DNA of 64,000 nt from Lingula anatina (taxonomy: Eukaryota; Animalia; Brachiopoda). A program made the translations under genes and the position numbers. The stretch spans positions 35,284,401 to 35,348,400 of the forward strand of contig CM120641.1 of NCBI GenBank assembly GCA_051362555.1, written 5' to 3'. How positions within the stretch are numbered: position 1 is the stretch's first letter; every line of letters begins with the position of its first letter. The notes under the pieces were generated by a model, which saw nothing but the letters and a program-made list of their open reading frames with translations, was not told the origin of the DNA and did not search any database. Positions 36,901 through 47,821 of this stretch are shown one piece after another.

Positions 36901-36980
36901 TTGAACAGGATGAACAACTGGAAAAAGAAATTAGAAATAAGCAACTCGTCAAGGAGGAGAAAAGCTGCAGTATACAGTAA
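6872..36980 (+). CDS. EHBP1: EH domain-binding protein 1, complete, 22 coding exons, about 1141 aa without optional exons
   Basis: Characteristic N-terminus [19 protein letters not shown] (NT-C2), NPF motifs, type-2 CH domain, bMERB ([16 protein letters not shown]), terminal CaaX CSIQ; all exon phases join to 3426 nt. Confidence 0.95.
8148..8364. mobile_element. Degenerate MITE-like element
   Basis: Imperfect terminal inverted repeats acaccccatttccatagat / atctatgggaatagagtct (15/19), with similarity continuing inward. Confidence 0.5.
8688..8745 (+). CDS. EHBP1: EHBP1 coding exon 2
   Basis: [19 protein letters not shown]; ccaccag / gtgggt. Confidence 0.92.
9367..9434. repeat. Short tandem duplication (taacattacaa.gagaaatgtgaattacttc x2)
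   Basis: Directly visible. Confidence 0.8.
9735..9884 (+). CDS. EHBP1: EHBP1 coding exon 3
   Basis: [33 protein letters not shown]...[13 protein letters not shown]; tttacag / gtaagt. Confidence 0.93.
10054..10638. mobile_element. Non-autonomous DNA transposon (PIF/Harbinger-like MITE), 585 bp
   Basis: TIR AGGCCCAGTCACAA / TTGTGACTGGGCCT, TAA on both flanks (10051-53, 10639-41), subterminal inverted similarity, CpG-rich; 3-bp TAA/TTA TSD is typical of PIF/Harbinger. Confidence 0.85.
10780..10961 (+). CDS. EHBP1: EHBP1 coding exon 4
   Basis: [22 protein letters not shown]...[30 protein letters not shown]; ttaacag / gtaagt. Confidence 0.93.
11457..11650 (+). CDS. EHBP1: EHBP1 coding exon 5
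   Basis: [12 protein letters not shown]...LNPFGDPD; ctccag / gtaaaa. Confidence 0.92.
11788..12196 (+). CDS. EHBP1: EHBP1 coding exon 6 (four NPF motifs; alternative start 11791)
   Basis: NNPFN, SNPFD, LNPFN, KNPFE; tandem cagCAG acceptor; donor gtatta. Confidence 0.88.
12221..12438. mobile_element. Palindromic MITE-like element
   Basis: 12264-12292 and 12364-12392 are 28/29 inverted repeats; outer ends also imperfectly inverted. Confidence 0.65.
12675..12753 (+). CDS. EHBP1: EHBP1 coding exon 7
   Basis: [26 protein letters not shown]; bridges phase 2 to phase 0. Confidence 0.8.
14959..15137 (+). CDS. EHBP1: EHBP1 coding exon 8 (CH domain start)
   Basis: [41 protein letters not shown]. 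Confidence 0.93.
16103..16151 (+). CDS. EHBP1: EHBP1 coding exon 9 (CH domain)
   Basis: [16 protein letters not shown]; tttcag / gtgaga. Confidence 0.92.
16966..17021. repeat. 29-bp tandem duplication (tttcttatatcgggttgct.tcttaga)
   Basis: Directly visible. Confidence 0.85.
18535..19289 (+). CDS. EHBP1: EHBP1 coding exon 10 (CH end plus low-complexity linker)
   Basis: [41 protein letters not shown]...[10 protein letters not shown]. Confidence 0.93.
19642..19741 (+). CDS. EHBP1: EHBP1 coding exon 11
   Basis: [11 protein letters not shown]...; phases 2/0 match neighbours. Confidence 0.8.
20049..20168 (+). CDS. EHBP1: EHBP1 coding exon 12
   Basis: [12 protein letters not shown]...AGPYQ; phases 0/0. 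Confidence 0.78.
20374..20511 (+). CDS. EHBP1: EHBP1 coding exon 13
   Basis: [22 protein letters not shown], a conserved EHBP1 coiled-coil motif. Confidence 0.9.
20794..20926 (+). CDS. EHBP1: EHBP1 coding exon 14
   Basis: [19 protein letters not shown], a conserved EHBP1 motif. Confidence 0.9.
21241..21323. repeat. About 41-bp tandem duplication (aaatgaggttacttatagatattttccttca...)
   Basis: Directly visible. Confidence 0.85.
21548..21601 (+). CDS. EHBP1: Candidate 54-nt EHBP1 cassette exon ([18 protein letters not shown])
   Basis: cag / gtaatt, phase 1-1, open frame, long AG-free upstream zone. Confidence 0.5.
22613..22761 (+). CDS. EHBP1: EHBP1 coding exon 15
   Basis: DVETSEKD...[12 protein letters not shown]...; donor gtaagt. 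Confidence 0.85.
23216..23288 (+). CDS. EHBP1: EHBP1 coding exon 16
   Basis: [24 protein letters not shown]; phases 0/1. Confidence 0.78.
23495..23559 (+). CDS. EHBP1: EHBP1 coding exon 17
   Basis: [22 protein letters not shown]; strong acceptor; phases 1/0. Confidence 0.8.
23836..23956 (+). CDS. EHBP1: EHBP1 coding exon 18 (bMERB start)
   Basis: [37 protein letters not shown]. Confidence 0.93.
24325..24587. mobile_element. Degenerate palindromic MITE-like element
   Basis: Ends aggcgcatttacac / gtcagtgcgcct; inner inverted pairs such as ctaagcttag / ttaagcttag. Confidence 0.6.
25835..25912 (+). CDS. EHBP1: Candidate 78-nt EHBP1 cassette exon ([26 protein letters not shown])
   Basis: tacag / G|gtaggt, phase 1-1, open frame, coding-like GC content in AT-rich intron. 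Confidence 0.55.
26403..26502 (+). CDS. EHBP1: EHBP1 coding exon 19 (bMERB)
   Basis: [33 protein letters not shown]. Confidence 0.94.
26971..27263. repeat. Diverged T-rich tandem duplication (about 165-bp period)
   Basis: tggtatttttgtcctt ... ctagccaattgttttcaaac occurs twice. Confidence 0.75.
32082..32155 (+). CDS. EHBP1: EHBP1 coding exon 20 (bMERB)
   Basis: [24 protein letters not shown]. Confidence 0.94.
34178..34292 (+). CDS. EHBP1: EHBP1 coding exon 21 (bMERB)
   Basis: [38 protein letters not shown]. Confidence 0.94.
36899..36980 (+). CDS. EHBP1: EHBP1 final coding exon with CaaX box
   Basis: [26 protein letters not shown]-stop; strong acceptor, correct phase. Confidence 0.92.
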
Positions 36981-39936
36981 CAAAATAATGTGGGTCTCAC
37001 AAATCCCAGTTTTTAGTGACTGTAAAGGACTGTTCATACTTGATGACAGCAAGACAGAGACACCTGAAACAGAATTTAAAAATGAAATGACTGCAAGTCT
37101 GTGACTATAGATGACTCAGTGGATAATGAACATCAGCAAAGTATTGCCAACAGTGAACAGTATGATCATGTTACAAATATTTATTCCCATTTTGCCAGAT
37201 GAAAAAACTTCCAGAAGATTAAAAACAAGATGATGGAATGCTAGTGTTTTCTGCAACCATTTTTACTCTGAAAGGTTGCTGTGTATTAGTGGCACTGGAA
37301 TAGTGAGGGGAAGTGATTAGAAAAATATATATAGTTTGAAAAGAGAGAAAGAGAGAGAATCTTAGCAGTCCGTGGCAGTAATATTGTCAGAGGACAGCAG
37401 GAAATGTATTTACCCCAGAGAGGCATTTCTACATCATTCTACTGTGTTTGAATGTTATAGAGAAAAAAATAGGGTATATTTATCTCTCCAATTATGATAC
37501 TTACTAGTTATGACAGGATAAATGATATGTACTATACAGTTACGACTCCATGTGTTCAATGTTAAAAGGAGTTGACGTGGTGTAATAGAGCTGATAATTG
37601 CTAAAAGTGTATGATTCCAGATACCAGATACATTTACACAGACTTAAGGTATCCATGTCATCATTTAGGAGAATATCTACCATCAAAATGAGTTCTGTAA
37701 ATGAACTTGGTGAAGTGATTCACTGGTAATTGTTTCGGGTTTTATGTTGATATGGATTTTTAAAATTTGCATTGAAAAGACGTGCATATTGGAAATAATG
37801 AAATTGGCAAATTTATTTAGTACGTTTACTTGGCAATTAGGTAATACATGTTTTTTGTGTATGAAGATAATTCATTTGTCCACACTGTGGTAAGCATTTT
37901 AAAAAGTAGTCAATTTTGGATTTCTATAAACTCATCTCAAATAGGTGACATTTCACTAGTTTTTTTCTCGATGTTAAGATGTCGACGTTTGTTCTAGAAA
38001 ATTTGTATAGACAATCTATTCAATATGACGTGTACCTTAATTATTTTAGTATTTTTATTGGATATATAGCTCTGTCCTCAATATGTGATAACTTTTGCCA
38101 AAATCGCATTCATGTACTGTATGTTTTTGAAAATACTTAGACTGGTTTCTTTAGCGTATTTATTTGTTATCTAGACTGCTTTAAATCGGTTATATTTTGT
38201 ATTGATATCTACCCTTTTTATTCTCCATTCATTTGTACTGGTAATGCTGTTAAAGCGAATATTTTTATCAGTGCAGAATTGTTAAGCTTTAGTCCATGCC
38301 GGGGAGGTATTTATATGTTTAGTACCTTACATGAATGAAAAAAAAATAAGATGCCTCTTCAGATATCCCAATTTGCTTACATATTAAGTCGCTGTCGGAA
38401 TGCTGGCAGATGAATAATTTGTATTTTGTGTCAAGCCATACTGTGCAATCATTTCGTGTTAATGTAAACCTTAGGAGCTCTACCTGTTTGGTAGACCTAG
38501 TACCCAGTAAGCGTTGATTAGGTTCTGTGGTGTAAAAAGCGCGGGGTGGAGACATTTCACAGGACGTGCTCGTGCTCTACGATCTGGTAAGATTTGTCCA
38601 CTTGCTAGTACATATTTTCAAAGATGATATTTGAAGAAAGATTCGGCTGAATTGAAAAATGAAAGCTATTTCAGTGTTCTATCTGGTATCAAACGTGTGC
38701 TAATATTACTATTAAGTAAATGTTAATAATGCGCCGAAGAAATGCCGAAAAAACGGCAGAAGATGGGAGTTAAGTCGACGGAACGCAATGGGTGAATCTT
38801 GCCGTACCTTTCTGTTTCAATTTATTATTTAGAATTTGGGATCGGTCCGATTTTATAAATCGTTGACCAGCTCTACGTCCGGGGTGGTGAGCATACGTTG
38901 ATACATGTAGAAACAAGGCGGGCAGACTGTCGCCAAAATCGTTGCCATTACATTCTTGTGATTTTGTGTTATGCCGTCAATTGACAATAAAATGTTTACT
39001 TGTACTCGGCTGACTTGAGTTGTGTCATGCAATTGTATGAAAAACCGATACCGGGTGCTGCTAGTATTCATTTCTTTGCGTCCAAAATTCCTCCAGTTGG
39101 GCAAATACGAGTTTTTGCCGTTCCATTTACCCTCTTTGGTGAAATCTGAACACCTTCTGCGGTCGATTATTTCTTCAGAACTTATTTACTGTCGACTTAA
39201 TCAACTACGTGATCTTTTGGCCATGTGCAGTGAATGCAATCGGCAAAATCTACAAAATACAAATGACAGTCAACAAATAAACAGAGATGTTTTACCGAAG
39301 TCAAACCAAAGTTGTTTTTGTTGACTGGGCCGTGTTTGTACAGTGGGAAGCGCCTAATACTGTTTTCTAACTTCTTTTTCAAGTTGTTATTTTACAAACT
39401 GCGGCTATTGTGCGCGAATCTAACATAAGCTAAGAGTTGAAAAGGTTCGCACCTGCACGCCAAGCTAGCTACCAATTAAAGATCGAATTTTCATTCATTC
39501 TCTAAATCCGCGGGTCACATGACTTTGGATGTTGCTCCTATAAGCCTCTTAGACTTGCTGACAATAGAAGAACTCGCTTCTCAAAAAACTTACTGGTAAG
39601 TTAAACTTGGCTTTTCGTTTAATCCTGTCTTTAAATCCATGTTTGAAATCACATTTTCATTGTAAGATGTTGTGTTGTAGTTGATAGTATCAAGTAGGTG
39701 GCCATTGAATCTATATTGAGCGCGCGTGCAGCAAATCCGATCACAAGTTAAAAATCGGGTCTTCTTAAAGGTTGTTACCGCACTAACATTGGGATAACAT
39801 AAAAGGTAGAATTGTGATCACTCAAATGCGCATCTTAATCCAAATAGGTTAAATATTTCGATAAGAAAAGATAAATGGTTAAAATGTACTGTGCGGCAAC
39901 ACTTAGAATCGTTACATATGAAGCATGTTAGTTCAA

Positions 39937-39942
39937 ACACAC

Positions 39943-39973
<31 letters not shown>
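39937..39973. repeat. (CA)n microsatellite
   Basis: Directly visible. Confidence 0.9.
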
Positions 39974-42900
39974 AAGATTGGAATAGTTACTTCTAATTTT
40001 CAATCGCATAACTGAAAATGAAACTGCATATAAATCTGAAAACGACAAAACTTTTCTTTAATTTTTCCCCTCGTCATTCTCAGGATTTCGAAAAGAAAAG
40101 ACATGCAAGCCGCTCAGTCTCAGGTACACAAAAGTAGACGTCTTAAGAAAATCGGGAGGCTATTTTCTTATTAATTCTCTTGATTTCATCGTCATTAAAC
40201 TGAACATCTAATTAACACAGCCGATTGCACAGACCACACAAAAGCCTCAACTTCTCAGCATGCCATTGTAAAACTGTCATCCACAACTCGCTGCTGTACA
40301 GAGACGCCACCGAGCGCTATTGAAGAGGGGAGCCCCAAACCCAGCGTCCCCTCTTTTACTGTGCTCTGACCCTTACAATAATTATTCCGCTGGCACCTTG
40401 TCGTAGAAAAAGCTGTGTAACGTTAGATTCTCACCAGGTGCGAGGTACGCTTAATTGAGGACTTAATTTGCTTCGTAAATGAATATAGAATTCTTCCCGA
40501 GACCAACTTGTTGAAAATGTCTTAATAGAAATGGCATTTTGTGCATTGTAAACCGAAAGCCAAATGAGGCTACTTCAATTTCTCTTACACGTTTTGAAGG
40601 GGAGTTTATTGTCATAAACGATCTTGTCTCGAGAAAAAACGACGCCAATTTGACGACAGACGACGAAAATGCCGAAACTATCATCTGTCCTATTTTGTAT
40701 ATTAGATCTATAGATTTCAATAAGGATCTTTCTTTAACAACGCGTCAAAAAACTCATCCAACTTTGTTCCATTTCGGATGGATTTTTTCTTTGAGCGCGC
40801 GAGCCAGATGCGTGATTCCAGAATAATTGTGTCAATTTTGAGACTAATCCTTCCTAATACTAAAAAAATATCCAGACACAGGTTAATCCCTAATTATTTG
40901 GTGGTTTATCTTAAACTAGATGAAAAAGTCATTGTTTATTCAAACAATCGTAGGATGACTCGCTGCTACTTGGACTATGGCCAAAGTTGGTTGAAGCATT
41001 TTTCTTTCACAATTTTCAAAAAATTGGTGGTACGAAGAAAATGTATTTCGTTTTCCATGTTCATTGTAAGAAAATGATGGATAGCGAGTGTGAATGAAAA
41101 TAAGATATTTCCAATCGATTTATAAGTTTTTTATGTTTCATCATCAAAATAAATATCTTTCTAGTTGACAGTAAGTGTATTTCACTTCTTGAGAGGTAAT
41201 CTTTTTTGCAATTCTGACTTTAAAAATCTTTCGAGTCTTTCATTAATTTGAAGTCCCTCTGCAGCTTTAATGAGGTCTTCTTTTTCTTATCGAAAAAAGA
41301 GAAGAGTGCAAACTCCATATAATAGAACCAATTTTTTTATTTATCAAATGAGAGTAGCTTTCGAGTCCCGTTCTTCACATCATTTCTCCCAGCCGGGTTC
41401 ATTATCTCTGCGCCGCAACTTTCTTTTGTGTAGATCACGTTCAGGAGAGGGAGACAAGGCCTGCGCGTCGTCCCATAGTGAAGTGTATATGGGAACCTTT
41501 CCACTCGAGCTTTTCACACTCGACGGTGCGAAGATGCCCTTTAACAAGGCAACATATTTTGTTCGCATCCTATGCATTTTGACAAGCTCATTTTGCGTTG
41601 ATTTTATTCGCTTCGCGAAATCTACTTTTAATATTTTCAAAACTGCCCGCCCAGAGAGCAGAGAGCACTACTGACTCTCAGCGTCTTGACTCGATTTTCT
41701 CCACTAACTTAAAGATGAATATATATTCAACCAAGGAGTTATAACTTCTTGATTCAACACAGCAAATTATCAACTATCTCCTTATTTTTTATGACAGTTT
41801 TAACCATTGACATTGTTCGTTTTCTAGAATTCAAAAAGGATTCTCTACTCCAAGTTTAGCCCTTTATTACTTGCTGTTGTAACCACCTTGAAAATAGAAA
41901 CTTGGGTGTGGCGAGCACTATGGGAATTACAGTCTTAAATCATGTTTCTGATTTTGTTTCGTTAATCCACCAACATAAGGTAGTATAAAAACATCTAGCG
42001 ACCCCATTGTCATCTATTTATTTCGATCGCATGTCGAGGATTAAATCAGAATAAATTTCGTCGTACGTGACATTGATAATCGATGGAGAATTGTTCACCA
42101 ACTTCCTCGGAGTAATTTGTAACTGTTAAAATGGGAATATTTGGACAAGGAACAAGAAATGCCAAACAATTAAGTAACAAATTGTTTCCTCTAATTATCA
42201 CGTTCACGCCATCATAAATCACGCAACAAAATGAGTGACGTGTTTCTCGCTGCTATCAAGGTGTGAAAATATGCTTGCACGTCAAAGAGAAATTTTGCTT
42301 TGTTCGTATTTTATACAGCATCAATCCCCGGTTTTGGCGTCATTTGCAGACCAAAAACGAAAAAAAATCTAATCGAAAATAAAACTGAATAAAAAAACAA
42401 TGTTTTTCATTCATTAAATCTTGGACGTAATAACGTTATTATGTCCAAGATTAAATTATTTTTAAAAATGCCAATTAACTTTAAAATATAAATATCTATA
42501 TATGAATGTAAAAGCAGTCATTTTAAGGCTAGCTTGTAGGGTAGAAAATCTTGGCTTTCTTCAACCTAAAAAAAACAAAATAAATTGTTTCTTCAAACGC
42601 CCCATGTTCTCTGCGCAAAAAAAGAGCAGTATACAAACAGTGATAGTAGCTGGAGATGTCTGTCAGTCGCTGTTGAAGAGGCACTCGTGGTCAGAAGGTA
42701 AAGCTGAACCATACATCCAATTAATTTATTGGATTTCCCGCCCCTAATTGAGCTGTAGCATCGCAATTACATAGAATTAATCAATTTTGAAGCGCAACCT
42801 GATGCTGCACAGCTTAGAAATGTCAATTTGGGCTTGGAAATCGACAGAGCTTGGCATGACTGGAGATTTTCGTGACGCCAAGGAGGCTGCTTGTTATAGC

Positions 42901-45900
42901 CCAGCTATATATCGACCAATTTTGCTTAGAAACAGCGACGGCTTCTAGGAACAACGGATACTATATCTTAATCTGCACAAGGTCTTCTTTATTATTACTA
43001 TTTCACTTTTTTTTGCTTGTATGCCAGGCAACAGTTCAAATAAAAAACAGTACAAATAAATTCAACGGTTAGTTTTTTTTTTATCATATAACAACCTCAA
43101 TGTATGTCAATTATTAAGGGGTTTCCCAAACCATAAAGAGCTTTCTTTGTTGAAAATTCATATCAAAGCAATCAATACAGCTCATAAATTTCATCACATG
43201 TAAACAACTTATTTGACTTCCCAACTGTGAAATCTGTATTTCTTTTTTCCTTTTGATATGGCATTTAACGATTCTCCCATACGCACACAGCGTATATTTT
43301 TCCTATTCTGTTTTTATTCTGTATTCAAGCGAAGTTATTGAAAAGGGTATTTCAGTTGCCTGAACGAGCCGATTAGATATTGAGAAATGAGATTTATATG
43401 TTTGATGCCCTATAATCCAAAAATGATACACAAACATACAGTGAAAACCATTACTATTAAACCAATGTATGTGGGATATTTATAAGTGCCGGTATCTAAG
43501 GCCCATTGACGTTGTATGGCGTTTAGAAGTGCTTTTATAATGTTGATTCTCATCCCAATTTTTTGTGAAGTTATAACCAAATATTTTGAAGACCCCCGTG
43601 ACGAAATTCATTATGTTTTAAGTGTTAACTTTAACAACGCTATATTTAAACTGTTGTATTTTTGGAGATCATTTTTAAGTTTTGCCCCACGCCCGGGTCG
43701 GGGTTAGTGAACTCGCTCACCCTTTAGTATAAAACACGGTTCTGTCACTATTTGAATTTACAGAATTGTTGGGTGAAGTGTTTGGACAATGAGAAGAAAA
43801 TGAAATTGGGTTTGAGACCAACTGTTTGTATTTTTGCAAGCTTGAAAAGCGCCAGCACGTCACAATCGGTGCTCCCCGGGAGTTCATACTGATGCCTCTT
43901 GAAGGTCTTGCAAACCTACACGCGAACCGCTGGAAACAATGGGTGCAGCAAATTTGTTCCAACGCTCATAAGTGTTAAAGAGATCCTTGAAATGCTTGGA
44001 TTGAGCGCCTTGTATGCTAGAAACACTTGTTAGCAAAGTTGGGCGGGTAGTATTTGCTAAGGTTTTGTACCAGAGGATTTGTCCGTGCCTTCAAGACAAC
44101 ACCGCATTGAATTGAGCCAGAAAACATGAAACAAAGTCCGCTGTCCAATTTTGAACGTACAATGAAGATTACCCGTTAGATATTTACAAGATAAAGAAGG
44201 AGACCGTATGCTCACTATCACACCACAATGACAAAGAAGATGAGTATGTAACCGAATCCCGCGCAGATTGGTACTGAAATTGAAGCGGACTTCATTTGGC
44301 CGGTAGAAATAGTAATTTTCTTTTGTATTGTGTCGTAACTTTTTCTCCCTGATTTGTCGCAAAGTCTGGGTTTGATGTACCGCTTCCAGGGGGGGAGGGA
44401 CAGCAACAGATTACAACCATAAGGATAAAATAGTCGTAAAATTAGGGCGTATTAGTACTTAATAGTTCTTAATTAAGTCCGATTCAGTTTTCATTTTCTT
44501 TTTCGTGCTCCCTGCCACGCTACCGTATGTTTCTCGCGTAAGCGCCGTCTCAAATGTCGTAGGACGTACCACGCGTTATCTCTAAGGTCGTAACGGCAAA
44601 TTACTTAAGGTACTGTTACCTTTACAACATGGCCATTACGGAATGCAATTGTCGCATTGTCGGGGACTTAAATGACAATAATTGTAGCGAGTGTGGTGTC
44701 GAGAGCATGTAATAGGCAGGCGGACGCAGCGGGGTGATAATACCCGAGGATAGTTTTCGTTTGTACCTCCTAACTCCAGGGTATTGGCGGCCTACCTCTG
44801 TTCACAACACCCTGCCATGTTAAGAAGTATTCTATAACAAGCTTGGCGGTGCTCAATTTCACTCTCCTCACATTGTTGCCCCAGCCCCAGTGCTCCTAAT
44901 GGGTCAACTTGTTTGAAGCCGTTAAATTCTAATCTACCTCCAGCGGAGAGAGGGAATGAAAAATTCGGGAACAAAAGTGTGCCGCCTGCACCAACTGTAG
45001 AGGTGTGCGTCCATTAAGGTGGAGAAAAGGTGTGAAAATGTATCCCTGGGAACGAATGGAATTTTAAAGAAGCCGTGCAAAAAGGCGCATGATGCCACAC
45101 GGGTGGCATTCGCACCTGTTTCATCAAAAATCTCAGCCGTTTCAAAGAATTATATTTCTATTGGGCAAAAGTCAAAAATAAAATTATTAAAAATTAAGCT
45201 TAACTATCCTGATTATTAATTGTTTGAAGAAAAAGTCAGTAAATAGATTTTTGGATAAAATAATACACGAATTTTAAGGAAAGTCACAATCTCCCTAATT
45301 AATTCGCCTGTTGTCGCCAAGACATTTGAAGCGCGCTGACTTGGTTCAAAAATGTGCCTACGAACACGCGCTCCCGAGCCGATACTGTTAAAACCTAACA
45401 GACCTCATGTAACAGGGAGCTTCTATTTCAGATACAGTGCACTTCCCCAAAAATGCACCCATAAACCTCAGGTTGCCCCTTCTCCGTTACCGACAGGTAT
45501 GTAATATTTCAATAACACAGGGAATCGTCTGCTCCGAGCGCGCCTATCAACTCTCACCCGTCCACGTTACAGACAGGCATGCATCGCGCGCACTCGTTGA
45601 CCTGTCATCCTGTCACCAACTGTCACGTTCTGTCACATCACCCCTCTGTGTTGCAGCCAAATTACAGGAAACACAACAGTAGAACGGAGAAGTAACATTG
45701 TGCCGGCCGTAAACAGGAGTAATGGTGCGAACTTAGCAGCCATACAGGAGCAATGAAGGAAGAAATTGGCTTCTATGCGCAGGCTTCCTTTACTAACTTA
45801 CAGCCACCGTACACTGACAGTCTGTCACCCAGCCCACGCTGACACGGCTTCTGTATTCATGTTTCGTCATTCATTATAACGTGCTATAAAAATGTATAGC

Positions 45901-46857
45901 TTCCATCGTAAAATATTCCACAGTCAATTGTCTCTGTTGCGGCTTCGTTAGTCATTGTCCGTTGATGAGATATTACCACAAAGCCTTACTGGTGCGAATT
46001 GAATTAAAAACATAATTTTTGCCATCTTAAAAGAACGCTCTCCTGGCCGCTTGGGCGCTTTTGGAATTATCACCGCATTTCTACGCATGTTGTAAGACTC
46101 AGTTCTCGCCATAAGACATAAAATTTAGGTATAAAAAAGTGAATCGGGCACCTGTTTTAATCATCGCCGTATATTCCAGTGCCGTGTTTTTTTTCTCTTT
46201 CTTTACAAAGCTATCGACAGGAGACACACCTGTGACACTCTCTTCTAGCCGCACTCTGAACTAACATCTATATTACAGTCACTGCGAAGAATAGGACTGG
46301 TTTTCTCTGTCAAAAATTTCGAAAAACAGCTTTTTAAATGCTAATTCCTGCGGAACGCGCACAATGGTAGAGGGACAGGCAATTTTCCAGTTCAATGCAG
46401 TGGCTGCTGTGGGTTAAAAACGGAACTAATTTTCTTCGTTTAGTTGCAATGAAGTATTGGAGTTAAACATATAATTAAAAGAAATCTGGGGACAGCGACA
46501 TTGCCGTGCACTCAAAGTGACCACCTCTTAAATTCTGGGGCGCCATTCCATCTTTCCGCAACGGTAGCGACGAAACATTCGCAGTAGAGAATTATACACA
46601 GCATTTTTCTGCAATATCAAAATCGCTTACTGTAACTCAAATCTAATATTTTTCTTTTGCAACGAACGCAAAATATAGTTGTCTTTGCTAAAAGACTTTG
46701 GATATTTATATTAATTTACTTATAATAATGGTTGAATTTATTCAAATATTTTTTTTAATATTTTAACTCTGCTAGGACATATGACATTGTCAAAAGGGGG
46801 CTATCACTATAGAAATATAGATTTCAATATTCTAACACGAAGCCATGCTCTTACTTT

Positions 46858-47118
46858 TAACCAAAACAGGGGTTACCCTTAAATTTCCTGAATGATCGCG
46901 GAACTATTTTCGCGGCGTGATATGACATAGTAATGTATTTAACTGCAGGTCGCATTGTGATTGGCCAGTGAAGTGGTTAAGTGGCGCATATTGATAGGGA
47001 TTGCTTAGTAGAGAACTACAGTTCCTGTATTAGCGGCTAGAGGTGATCAATCAACATTATATTCGCATTTACAACACGTAAGCTCATCTTTACTGGGTTA
47101 AGCCTCTGTTTTAGCTTA
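46858..47118. mobile_element. Possible degenerate MITE
   Basis: Imperfect inverted ends ccaaaacaggggttaccc / gggttaagcctctgttttag. Confidence 0.35.
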
Positions 47119-47746
47119 AGCTTAAAATCTTCATAAACTTATACATGTGATTAATAGCGGGCCAGACTTAAAATACTCGAGCGTATCGAGTACTAGGCAG
47201 CGTGCAAACTGTGTACTTGAACGTAAGGAACGGTGTGTTATTTTTTTTAAAGTAACATTAGTAATTAACATACAATTAACTATGATGTTTCAGGCTGATC
47301 GAAACGGACCGTCTCAAACAAGAAGTCAGAAGATTTCCCCTGTTGTCTCAAGCTTCCGTCAACGGATTCCCAGGTATAACAGGTGAGTGTAAAGACCTGT
47401 ATAGAAAGAGTCCCATGAACTGTTGTAAACAAGGCCATTCAGCAATTCGCTATCTGATATCAGCGCACAGTGTCACTGTCTTAAAAGTAGTGTTTTGGTG
47501 TAAACTTTGGCAAGGTTTGCAAAATGACCTAACTACAAGTGGTAACGCCTTTTTGTTCTATATTTGCGGGTGTATTTTTAAGTCAGACATATGGATGCAG
47601 ACGTGGTTCGAGTTATGTCATATTTCGAGCCTCTCACATTATCTGAGATAATATCTGACAAACGTGACGTTTTCTGTACTTTATATTTATTAAAGTATAT
47701 CTAAGATTCAGCACAAAAAAAATAGTGAGGAAAGGCAAAATTAAAC

Positions 47747-47767
47747 TGTGTGTGTGTGTAAGAGAGA

Positions 47768-47816
<49 letters not shown>
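47747..47816. repeat. Compound (TG)n-(AG)n microsatellite
   Basis: Directly visible. Confidence 0.95.

Positions 47817-47821
<5 letters not shown>

Noticed and set aside
38540-39500. CpG-rich block after EHBP1 considered as a hidden gene or transposase remnant
   Set aside because: No coherent ORF, exon chain or TIRs found
45733-45842. Short ORF MKEEIGFYAQASFTNLQPPYTDSLSPSPR as an alternative Otx first exon
   Set aside because: No good splice donor before the stop and no recognisable homology
47761-47816. (GA)n tract as a GAGA-factor/Polycomb element
   Set aside because: Indistinguishable from an ordinary microsatellite
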